Source: Nitrospirota bacterium
Lineage (GTDB): Bacteria > Nitrospirota > UBA9217
Direction of reading: 5' to 3'
Length of the DNA: 64,000 nt
Assembly (NCBI GenBank): GCA_963737155.1
Contig: CAVTRN010000002.1
Span: 1,792,001 to 1,856,000, forward strand
A program made the translations under genes and the position numbers. The notes below the pieces were generated by a model that was not told the DNA's origin, searched no databases, and worked only from the letters and a program-made list of their open reading frames with translations. Positions 1 through 8,081 of the stretch are shown piece after piece. How positions within the stretch are numbered: position 1 is the first letter of the stretch; each line of letters begins with the position of its first letter.

Positions 1-1
1 C

Positions 2-346
2 ATGATCGTTATGGAAAAAAGCCGGGAGATCGCGATTCTGAAGTCTATGGGCTCGTCTGCAGGGAGCATTGTGAAAATATTCATGTTTGCCGGTCTCGCA
101 ATCGGCGGCATGGGAACGGCCATCGGAGTCATTATTGGTTCAGGAGCGGTCATGATACTTACGAAAACGGACATCATCTCACTCCCCAAGGATGTATACC
201 AGGTGAGTCATCTGCCACTGACGTCGTCCGGTCTCGATGTCCTGTTCATCGCCCTGACAGCGCTCGGCATCAGCTTCCTTGCCACACTCTATCCCTCCTG
301 GCAGGCCGCGCGGCAGGACCCGGTCGAGGTCCTCAGGTACGAATAG
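2..346 (+). CDS. lolE: Lipoprotein-releasing ABC transporter permease LolC/E, C-terminal part (truncated by window edge)
   Basis: EKSREIAILKSMG ... ATLYPSWQAARQDPVEVLRYE is the FtsX/LolCE C-terminal signature; lolD lies downstream. Confidence 0.9.
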   Translation: MIVMEKSREIAILKSMGSSAGSIVKIFMFAGLAIGGMGTAIGVIIGSGAVMILTKTDIISLPKDVYQVSHLPLTSSGLDVLFIALTALGISFLATLYPSWQAARQDPVEVLRYE

Positions 347-399
347 CGCTATTGTCGTTTTATTATCTTGCTTGAATTATTCTGAATGAGGAGGAAACC

Positions 400-639
400 A
401 TGGCTCAAAAGGGCGGAAAGCTGAAGCGGGTCGTGTTGATACTGATTTTTCTCGCATTGGCAGTCACTGTATTTGTCCTTATGGGAGGCGGCAATTTCTT
501 GAAAAAAACCGCAAGCTGGCTCAGCGGGGTAGGGACCAAAGCGGAAGATGTAAAACAAACAATAGAACATAAGGCCACGACCATTGAAAAAACTGTTGAA
601 AAATTAAAGGAAGACGCCAAACCGGGAGAAATAAAATAG
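400..639 (+). CDS. Small hypothetical protein: N-terminal TM anchor plus Lys-rich amphipathic helix
   Basis: Strong SD GAGGAGG before the ATG; hydrophobic stretch VVLILIFLALAVTVFVLM; 11-residue periodic tail; sits between lolE and lolD. Confidence 0.75.
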   Translation: MAQKGGKLKRVVLILIFLALAVTVFVLMGGGNFLKKTASWLSGVGTKAEDVKQTIEHKATTIEKTVEKLKEDAKPGEIK

Positions 640-1316
640 CACAGGATCTTATTCACGTTAGAGAGCTGCGGAAAACGTTCATGAGCGGTCCGGTACAGTT
701 AACCGTGCTGGAAGGCATTGACCTTGACATCGAACAGGGGGAAATGCTCGCCATTGTAGGCGCATCAGGTGTCGGCAAAAGCACCTTTCTGCATATACTG
801 GGTGCCCTTGACCGCCCCACTTCCGGCAAGATTCTTTATGGAAACAGCGATATTTTCTCGCTGGATACGAACAAACTTGCCCGTTTCAGGAATGACCATG
901 TAGGATTTGTGTTTCAGTTTCACCATCTTCTCCCCGAGTTTTCTGCGCTTGAAAACGTTCTGATGCCTGCGCTCATCCGGAGAATGGAACGGGACAAAGC
1001 CCTGGAATTGGCAACAGGCATGCTGAATGATGTCGGTCTCGGAGAAAGAATTCACCACAGGCCCGGTGAGCTTTCCGGCGGAGAGCAGCAGCGTGTTGCC
1101 GTGGCGCGGGCGCTTATGCTTGGCCCCGATGTGGTGCTTGCCGACGAACCGACAGGCAACCTTGACAGTCACACCGGGGAGGCGGTTCATGATCTTCTTC
1201 TCTCCATCAACAAACAGAAAAAAATTACCTTCGTTATTGTAACCCATAATGATAAACTCGCGGTCAGGGCTGACAGGGTGCTCAGAATGACCGAGGGAAA
1301 ACTGATCCCCGCATAA
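636..1316 (+). CDS. lolD: Lipoprotein-releasing ABC transporter ATPase LolD (start probably ATA at 636; first ATG at 681)
   Basis: Walker [44 protein letters not shown]; in-frame upstream codons give the expected first strand [14 protein letters not shown]. Confidence 0.92.
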   Translation: MAQDLIHVRELRKTFMSGPVQLTVLEGIDLDIEQGEMLAIVGASGVGKSTFLHILGALDRPTSGKILYGNSDIFSLDTNKLARFRNDHVGFVFQFHHLLPEFSALENVLMPALIRRMERDKALELATGMLNDVGLGERIHHRPGELSGGEQQRVAVARALMLGPDVVLADEPTGNLDSHTGEAVHDLLLSINKQKKITFVIVTHNDKLAVRADRVLRMTEGKLIPA

Positions 1317-1422
1317 TTGCACGGGGACAATACTGCCGCACTGCCGATCCGGTTCGGGCTCACGGAGGTGTTTTGCGGCTTTAGTGTTTGGCCTCATCGC
1401 AGCCGGCCAGAACTCTTTTCCC

Positions 1423-1452
1423 TTGACTTTATAAGAGGTTAAAAAGTAATAT
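1423..1452 (+). promoter_or_regulatory. Putative sigma70 promoter of the ccsA-hem operon
   Basis: TTGACT-N18-TAATAT upstream of ccsA. Confidence 0.5.
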
Positions 1453-1493
1453 CCACCATTTACCAGGGCAAATCACTTACGAGGAATGATCGC

Positions 1494-2306
1494 ATGAATC
1501 TTCTATTTTTTCAAGCAGCAACGATCGCGTATGTGCTAGCGGCAGCGGGATACATTGTTTTCATAATCAGGCCGAGCCATAAATGGACCGGGGAAGCTGC
1601 TCTCTGGGCAACGCTTGCCGGATTTCTCTGCCATATAGGCTATTTTGTCTTTCGCTGGTCCGAGTCAGGAAGGATCCCCATAACCGGCTTCTTTGAGGCG
1701 ATCAACTTTCTCGGGATGGGGATGATTTTTGTGTTTCTGGTCATGGAATTCCGGTATAAAATAGCCGCGCTTGGTTCATTCATGCTTCCGCTCGTTGTCA
1801 TTCTCATGATTCCCGTATTTCTTCTGTCCGGCGACATCAAGTCAATGAACCCAATCCTTAAAAGCGGTTGGCTCGGGATCCATACGAGTTTTGCCGTCCT
1901 CGGAGACGCCGCCTTCGCGTTCGCCTGCATTATCTCGGTCATGTATCTTATTCAGGAACGCCAGCTTAAAGCCAAGCACCTCGGTGCTATTTTCCACCGG
2001 CTGCCTTCGCTTGATATCATGGATACTCTCAGCTACAAGGCCCTTACACTAGGCTGGCCACTGTTTACCATAGGCATGATCACTGGTTCCATCTGGGCCA
2101 ACAGCGCTTGGGGAACCTACTGGAACTGGGATCCGAAGGAGACCTGGTCGTTGATTACCTGGGTGCTCTATCTGGTGCTCCTCCATCTTCGCACGATTGG
2201 ATGGAGGGGCAGAAAAATGGCTGTCCTCTCCATTGTCGGATTTATTTTTGTTCTGGTCAGCTTCTTTGTGGTGAGCCGCATCAATATAGGGAAACATACA
2301 TTTTAA
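1494..2306 (+). CDS. ccsA: Cytochrome c biogenesis protein CcsA/CcsB (system II, HemX-like)
   Basis: Multiple TM helices; WWD-domain motif WANSAWGTYWNWDPKETWS; conserved His residues; directly upstream of hemA. Confidence 0.9.
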   Translation: MNLLFFQAATIAYVLAAAGYIVFIIRPSHKWTGEAALWATLAGFLCHIGYFVFRWSESGRIPITGFFEAINFLGMGMIFVFLVMEFRYKIAALGSFMLPLVVILMIPVFLLSGDIKSMNPILKSGWLGIHTSFAVLGDAAFAFACIISVMYLIQERQLKAKHLGAIFHRLPSLDIMDTLSYKALTLGWPLFTIGMITGSIWANSAWGTYWNWDPKETWSLITWVLYLVLLHLRTIGWRGRKMAVLSIVGFIFVLVSFFVVSRINIGKHTF

Positions 2307-2318
2307 GGTGATGCATAC

Positions 2319-3677
2319 ATGGGAATTATTGTAGTCGGCCTTAGTCATAAGTCCGCACCCATCGAGGTCCGGGAAAAGCTCAACTTTCCGGAGAGCACGC
2401 TTCCCCATGCGCTCAGAAAGTTGATGACCTATGAAGGCATACGTGAATGCCTCATTGTCTCAACGTGCAACCGCGTGGAGATTTACGCTTCGGTGAGCGA
2501 AAGCGCAAGAGGGATCGACGGGATCAAACGGTTTATATCGGATTACCACAACCTTTCCCGTGACATTCTGGAGCAATCGCTCTATGTATATCCCGATGCT
2601 CAGGGTGTACGCCACACATTCCGCGTTGCCTCAAGCCTCGACTCCATGGTGCTTGGGGAGGCGCAGATATTGGGACAGCTCAAGGATGCATTCGATATCG
2701 CGCTAAAAACCAAGACCACGAGCACGATACTCAATAAACTGATTAAAAAATCGATTTCCGTTGCAAAGAGGGTCCGCACGGAGACAAAACTCGCTGAAGG
2801 AGCAGTTTCCATCAGCTCAGCAGCAGTTGAACTCGCGAAAAAGATATTCGGCTCTCTCGAGGGGAAGCACGTAATGCTTCTCGGTGCCGGCGAGATGGCT
2901 GAGCTCGCGGCCCAGCATCTCCTTGGCAATGGCGTGAAAAATATCATGGTCGCGAACCGCACCTTCGAGCGCGCCGAGGAGCTCGCCAAGGAATTCAACG
3001 GCGACGCCATCCGGTTCGAGCATTTCCCCGATGCTCTTGTCATGGTGGATATTCTTATCTGCGCAACGGGGGCTCCACATTATGTCGTCGGCCGCGACAT
3101 GGTCAGCCGGGCGTTGAAAGAACGACGCAACAAACCGATTTTCATGATCGACATCTCGAATCCGAGAAACATCGACCCCGAGGTCGATAAAGTCGATAAT
3201 GTGTATCTCTATGATATCGACGACTTGCAGAGCAAGGTAGATGTCAATGCCGAAGGGCGGGCCAAGGAGGCAGAAAAAGCGGAGGAACTCGTCACCCTTG
3301 AAGTCGAAACCTATCTCCAGTGGGAGCGCGGCCTTGATGCTGTTCCGACCATCGTGGATCTTCGCGAAAAAGTGGAGGACGTCAGGAAGCGGGAGCTGGA
3401 CAAAACCCTCGCTTCGATGAGCGACCTCAGTGAAGATCAGAAGCGGGCAATGGACATCATGTCTCAATCGATTGTGAACAAGCTTCTGCACGCGCCGCTG
3501 GTGGTACTGAAACAGGCCGCCGCTGCGGCGGTTGAGAGCGATAACACCATCGCAGTCGCACGCCGTTTATTCAACCTGGACCGGGAGCTGACGCGACGTG
3601 CGCATGAGAATATAATCATTCAGCAATCTAAGGAAGAGACCTCACCGGGCAAGGAAAAGAAAAGCACGTGCCGTTAA
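2319..3677 (+). CDS. hemA: Glutamyl-tRNA reductase
   Basis: GLSHKSAPIEVREK, STCNRVE (catalytic Cys), SSLDSMVLGEAQILGQ, GAGEMA. Confidence 0.97.
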   Translation: MGIIVVGLSHKSAPIEVREKLNFPESTLPHALRKLMTYEGIRECLIVSTCNRVEIYASVSESARGIDGIKRFISDYHNLSRDILEQSLYVYPDAQGVRHTFRVASSLDSMVLGEAQILGQLKDAFDIALKTKTTSTILNKLIKKSISVAKRVRTETKLAEGAVSISSAAVELAKKIFGSLEGKHVMLLGAGEMAELAAQHLLGNGVKNIMVANRTFERAEELAKEFNGDAIRFEHFPDALVMVDILICATGAPHYVVGRDMVSRALKERRNKPIFMIDISNPRNIDPEVDKVDNVYLYDIDDLQSKVDVNAEGRAKEAEKAEELVTLEVETYLQWERGLDAVPTIVDLREKVEDVRKRELDKTLASMSDLSEDQKRAMDIMSQSIVNKLLHAPLVVLKQAAAAAVESDNTIAVARRLFNLDRELTRRAHENIIIQQSKEETSPGKEKKSTCR

Positions 3678-3789
3678 CTTGTCCGGTTTGTTAGGCAACT
3701 ATCATCATATCGATGGATCAGATAAAAGCCGTTCGACGTTCTCATAACGTTCGTCAGCGGGGAAAAACATTAATCCAGGGAGATCTTCA

Positions 3790-4752
3790 TTGCGTAAACA
3801 AATCAGGCTTGGAACACGGGGAAGTGCGCTGGCTTTGTGGCAGGCGGAATGGGTCAAATCGGAACTCGAGAAAAAATACCCCGGCATGACCGTACCGCTC
3901 ACCAAAATTAAGACCACGGGTGATAAAATTCTTGATGTCCCGCTTGCGCAGGTGGGCGGTAAGGGCCTCTTCGTGAAGGAGATCGAAGAGGCCATGCTGA
4001 GCAACGAAATCGACATCGCTGTTCACAGCATGAAGGATGTGCCCACTTTTTTTCCGGACGGCCTTCACCTGTCTTGCATCACCGAGCGTGAAGATGCAAG
4101 GGATGCCCTGCTGTCGCGGAACAAGGTGAAGTTCAAAGACCTGCCCAAGGGAGCAAACGTTGGCACCAGCAGTCTCAGACGCCAGGCGCAGCTCCTGCAT
4201 GCAAGACCTGATTTTGTGATCCATCAACTGCGCGGGAATGTGGACACACGTCTCAGAAAGCTCAAGGAAGGGCAGTTCGATGCGATTATTCTTGCGGCTG
4301 CCGGGGTCAAGCGTCTTGGACTCTCTGAAAACGTGACGGAATACATCGAGCCGGAGATCAGCCTCCCGGCAATCGGCCAAGGCGCACTAGGGATCGAATG
4401 CCGCGTTGACGACCGCGAACTGAACGATCTCATCGCGTTTTTTAACCATCCCGACACACGGACCTGTGTAACTGGCGAACGCGCGCTGCTGCGCAGGTTA
4501 GAGGGAGGGTGTCAGGTGCCGATCGCGTGTTACGGCCAGATGAAAGAAGGCAAGCTCCATCTTATCGGACTGGTTGGAAGCGTCGATGGAAAGCACATTA
4601 TCAGGGATGCCATCGAAGGCGAGCCGGAGAAGGCTGAGAAATTGGGGGTAACCCTCGCAGAGAAGCTCCTGTCCCAGGGCGCCGATGCGGTCCTGCGGGA
4701 AGTATATGGACACAACACCGATTTCAGCGGCAACAACCTGCTGGAAAACTAA
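3790..4752 (+). CDS. hemC: Hydroxymethylbilane synthase (porphobilinogen deaminase), TTG start
   Basis: GTRGSALALWQA, GGKGLFVKE, AVHSMKD, GTSSLRR, LEGGCQVP. Confidence 0.97.
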   Translation: MRKQIRLGTRGSALALWQAEWVKSELEKKYPGMTVPLTKIKTTGDKILDVPLAQVGGKGLFVKEIEEAMLSNEIDIAVHSMKDVPTFFPDGLHLSCITEREDARDALLSRNKVKFKDLPKGANVGTSSLRRQAQLLHARPDFVIHQLRGNVDTRLRKLKEGQFDAIILAAAGVKRLGLSENVTEYIEPEISLPAIGQGALGIECRVDDRELNDLIAFFNHPDTRTCVTGERALLRRLEGGCQVPIACYGQMKEGKLHLIGLVGSVDGKHIIRDAIEGEPEKAEKLGVTLAEKLLSQGADAVLREVYGHNTDFSGNNLLEN

Positions 4753-4779
4753 TTATATTATAAAGACCTAATATTCGAG

Positions 4780-4857
4780 CCGCCCAGGCACAAGAACCAC
4801 GAAATTTATTTGAGCAAGATTGTTTTGTAGTACATCGCGTACTTGGTGTCTTCGCGG
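4780..4857. repeat. Degenerate REP-like imperfect inverted repeat
   Basis: CCGCCCAGGCACAAGAACCACGA (from 4780) resembles the reverse complement of TCGCGTACTTGGTGTCTTCGCGG (to 4857), around an AT-rich spacer. Confidence 0.4.
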
Positions 4858-4883
4858 TAATTTATATTTAGTCTGAATTATCT

Positions 4884-6416
4884 ATGACAACATCAAAAGG
4901 AAAAGTATATCTCATCGGAGCGGGACCGGGTGACCCCGGACTCATCACGGTAAAAGGGCTTGAATGCGTAAAAAAGGCCGATGTGGTCATTTATGATTAT
5001 CTTGCCAATGAACGTCTTCTTGATCACCGACGTCCTGAATCAGAATTGATTTATGTAGGCAAACAGGGCGGCAGGCATACGCTCCCGCAGGAGGAGATCA
5101 ACGCCCTGATCGTACGGAAAGCGCGGGAGGGGAAAATTGTCGCACGCCTGAAGGGCGGCGATCCCTTTATTTTTGGCCGGGGCGGAGAAGAAGCCGAAGA
5201 ACTGGCGGACGATGGCATCCCTTTTGAAATCGTTCCTGGAGTTACCGCGGCCACGGCGGTCCCCACCTATGCTGGCATACCGCTCACTCATCGCGAGCAT
5301 ACGGCAAGCGTGGCTTTTATTACGGGACACGAAGACCCCACAAAAGAAGAATCGAAGGTCCATTGGGACCGTATCGCGACGGGTATCGGAACACTGGTGT
5401 TCTTTATGGGAATGAAAAACCTCCAGAGCATTGTCGATAACCTGACCAGGCACGGCAGGAATCATGAAACTCCAATCGCCCTCATTCAATGGGGAACTCG
5501 CACCGATCAACGCGTTGTAACAGGCACGCTCCAGAACATCGTTGCAAAGGTTAAAGAGGCGAAACTCGGCCCGCCGGCCATTATTGTTGTCGGAGAGGTG
5601 GTCCGGCTCAGGGAGAAGTTGAACTGGTACGAATCGAAGCCGCTCTTCGGCAAACGCATCGTGGTTACGCGTTCTCGCGGCCAGGCAAGCGTCTTCGCTG
5701 AGATGCTGATCGACCGAGGAGCTACAACCATAGAACTCCCCACCATAGACGTCGTGCCGCCGACCAGCTGGGATGATCTCGATAAAGCCATTCACGATAT
5801 AGAATCCTATGATTGGGTTATCTTTACGAGCGCCAACGCCGTCAGGTTTTTCATGGAGCGTCTCCGCGAACTCGGATTAGATATCCGCATGCTCAAAGGC
5901 ATAGGCATCTGCACCGTGGGCCCGAAAACAGCCGAATCCCTTGGGACTTTCGGGATAAGGGCCGACCTCATTCCTGCGGAATTCAAAGCGGAAGGCGTGC
6001 TTGCGGCCCTCGGAATCGAAAAGGTGAAAGGGAATAAATTCCTGATCCCTCGGGCAAAGGTCGCGCGCGAAATTATTCCAGACAAACTGAAGGAAATGGG
6101 AGCGAAAGTTACTGTGGCAACGGCCTATGAGAATGTAATACCCACGGCCGATATGGTGCGTGCTATACAGCTTTTCAAGGATAAAAAAATATCCGCAGTA
6201 ACCTTTACGAGTTCGTCCACAGTTCATAATTTTGTTGAAATGATCGGCCGAAAAGGTTATAAAGACCTAATAAATGGCGTTTCCATCGCTTGCATCGGTC
6301 CGGTTACCGCAAAGACCGCTGAGGAATACGGGATGAAGATAGATGTCATGCCAAAAGACTATACCATACCTGCCTTCGTTGATGCGCTAGTTGATTACTA
6401 TTATAATAAAAAATAA
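4884..6416 (+). CDS. cobA: Fused uroporphyrinogen-III C-methyltransferase / uroporphyrinogen-III synthase (CobA-HemD)
   Basis: GAGPGDPGLIT and RLKGGDPFIFGRGGEE; HemD half has RIVVTR, FTSANAV, FTSSSTV, CIGPVT. Confidence 0.95.
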   Translation: MTTSKGKVYLIGAGPGDPGLITVKGLECVKKADVVIYDYLANERLLDHRRPESELIYVGKQGGRHTLPQEEINALIVRKAREGKIVARLKGGDPFIFGRGGEEAEELADDGIPFEIVPGVTAATAVPTYAGIPLTHREHTASVAFITGHEDPTKEESKVHWDRIATGIGTLVFFMGMKNLQSIVDNLTRHGRNHETPIALIQWGTRTDQRVVTGTLQNIVAKVKEAKLGPPAIIVVGEVVRLREKLNWYESKPLFGKRIVVTRSRGQASVFAEMLIDRGATTIELPTIDVVPPTSWDDLDKAIHDIESYDWVIFTSANAVRFFMERLRELGLDIRMLKGIGICTVGPKTAESLGTFGIRADLIPAEFKAEGVLAALGIEKVKGNKFLIPRAKVAREIIPDKLKEMGAKVTVATAYENVIPTADMVRAIQLFKDKKISAVTFTSSSTVHNFVEMIGRKGYKDLINGVSIACIGPVTAKTAEEYGMKIDVMPKDYTIPAFVDALVDYYYNKK

Positions 6417-6491
6417 AACCAGGGCGAAGAGGGAGGAAGGCGCAGCGCATCAATTCCGCCTGTTCGCAGGTAATATGCAAAAGGAGAACCT

Positions 6492-6878
6492 ATGATTACA
6501 ATTTCAGACAGCGCAGCAGACAAAATCAAGGAAGTCCTCAAGGCAGAAGGGTTGCCAAACCATGGACTGCGCGTTACCTCGGGCGACGGAGGGTGCTGCG
6601 GACCTTCCTATGAAATCATGATCGATGACAAAGCGGGAGACGGCGATATGGTAGTCGAGAAAAGCGGCGCAAAACTGTACGTTGATGCATCGACAGCAAA
6701 GGTGCTCGACGGCGCCGAACTCGGCTTTATCAGCGACGAGCGCGGAGAAGGTTTTGTCCTCGGCTTCCCGAACGGCGCTCCGGCGGGCGGAAGCTGCGGG
6801 TGTGGCAGCGGGGAAGAACCTGGCCATAGCCACGGCCATGGCGGCGGCTGTGGGTCCGGCGGCTGCGGTTGCAGCTGA
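6492..6878 (+). CDS. A-type Fe-S carrier (IscA/HesB family) with His/Cys/Gly-rich C-terminal tail
   Basis: MITISDSAADKI, GGCCG, LYVD..TAKVLDG and SCGCG; extra tail HSHGHGGGCGSGGCGCS; SD AAGGAG. Confidence 0.85.
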   Translation: MITISDSAADKIKEVLKAEGLPNHGLRVTSGDGGCCGPSYEIMIDDKAGDGDMVVEKSGAKLYVDASTAKVLDGAELGFISDERGEGFVLGFPNGAPAGGSCGCGSGEEPGHSHGHGGGCGSGGCGCS

Positions 6879-6891
6879 ATCACTAAATCGC

Positions 6892-6941
6892 AGGGGGGGG
6901 CAATGAGTTGGAGGTAAGAACTTAATCCTCTGCCCCCCTTT
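6892..6941 (+). other. Intercistronic stem-loop between the IscA-like gene and hemB
   Basis: GGGGGGCA pairs with TGCCCCCC; inner GAGG/CCTC and TAAG/CTTA stems; only a short T run follows. Confidence 0.5.
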
Positions 6942-6965
6942 CGCAGAATATACTCAGGAGATCTC

Positions 6966-7940
6966 ATGTTCCAGCCTCTATACCGTCCGAGAAGATTGCG
7001 GGCGAACGAAAACTTGCGCCGCATGGTCCGGGAGACGAAACTTTCTCCCGATGATTTTATTTATCCACTCTTTGTTACCCATGGCAAAGGTGTAAAAAAA
7101 GAGATCGGATCCATGCCCGGGAACTACCAGCAATCCATCGACAACATCGTAAAGGACTGCGAAGAAGTGAAGAGTCTCGGCATTCCGGCGGTTCTTCTCT
7201 TCGGCATCCCCGAACATAAGGATGAAGTCGGCAGCGAAGCCTATTCGGACGAGGGGATTGTCCAGCATGCGATCAAGGCCATAAAGAATAATATTCCCGA
7301 CTTGGTCGTCATCACCGATGTGTGCCTGTGCGAATACACAAGCCACGGCCACTGTGGTGTAATCAAGAACGGCATCGTCCAGAATGACCCAACGCTCGAA
7401 CTGCTAGCCAAGGAAGCGGTTTCCCATGCGAAAGCCGGAGCGGACATGGTTGCGCCTTCAGACATGATGGACGGAAGAGTTGGAGCCATCCGCCATTCGC
7501 TTGACAGCGAGGGATTTACCGATACCCCGATCATGTCCTATGCGGCGAAGTACGCGTCGAGTTTTTACGGCCCGTTCCGCGAAGCGGCGGAATCGACGCC
7601 GCAGTTCGGCGACCGTAGATCTTACCAGATGGACGCACCAAACAGCCGCGAGGCACTACGCGAGGTTGCCCTGGACATCGATGAAGGAGCGGACATCGTG
7701 ATGGTGAAACCGGCGCTGTCCTATCTCGACATCATTTATCAGGTAAAACAGAATTACAACCTACCCGTGGCAGCCTACAACGTGAGCGGTGAGTTCTCCA
7801 TAATCAAGGCCGCCGCAAAACTCGGCTGGATCGACGGCGAACGCGCTATGATGGAATCGCTGGTATCAATCAAACGCGCCGGCGCGGACATCATCCTTAC
7901 CTATTTTGCCAAGGAAGCGGCAGCTATCCTGAATAAATAG
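6966..7940 (+). CDS. hemB: Porphobilinogen synthase (Zn-type delta-aminolevulinate dehydratase)
   Basis: [14 protein letters not shown] Zn motif, [21 protein letters not shown]. Confidence 0.97.
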   Translation: MFQPLYRPRRLRANENLRRMVRETKLSPDDFIYPLFVTHGKGVKKEIGSMPGNYQQSIDNIVKDCEEVKSLGIPAVLLFGIPEHKDEVGSEAYSDEGIVQHAIKAIKNNIPDLVVITDVCLCEYTSHGHCGVIKNGIVQNDPTLELLAKEAVSHAKAGADMVAPSDMMDGRVGAIRHSLDSEGFTDTPIMSYAAKYASSFYGPFREAAESTPQFGDRRSYQMDAPNSREALREVALDIDEGADIVMVKPALSYLDIIYQVKQNYNLPVAAYNVSGEFSIIKAAAKLGWIDGERAMMESLVSIKRAGADIILTYFAKEAAAILNK

Positions 7941-8081
7941 CTGACGCTCTTGTGTCTTCTTCGAACCTTCGAGACCGCTATCACGGGCACGGATCTTGGC
8001 ATCCCATACATTTCAGCAAATTTCGACAGCCCGTTGCACTTTTAAAACCTGACTTCAATTGTTCTTTATCAACCTTATTCT

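Noticed and set aside
6876-6941. TGA ending the Cys-rich IscA-like gene read as selenocysteine, with the downstream hairpin as SECIS
   Set aside because: The TGA is not at a conserved Cys position, read-through adds only 12 unremarkable residues, and the hairpin loop is about 40 nt away, farther than a typical bacterial SECIS
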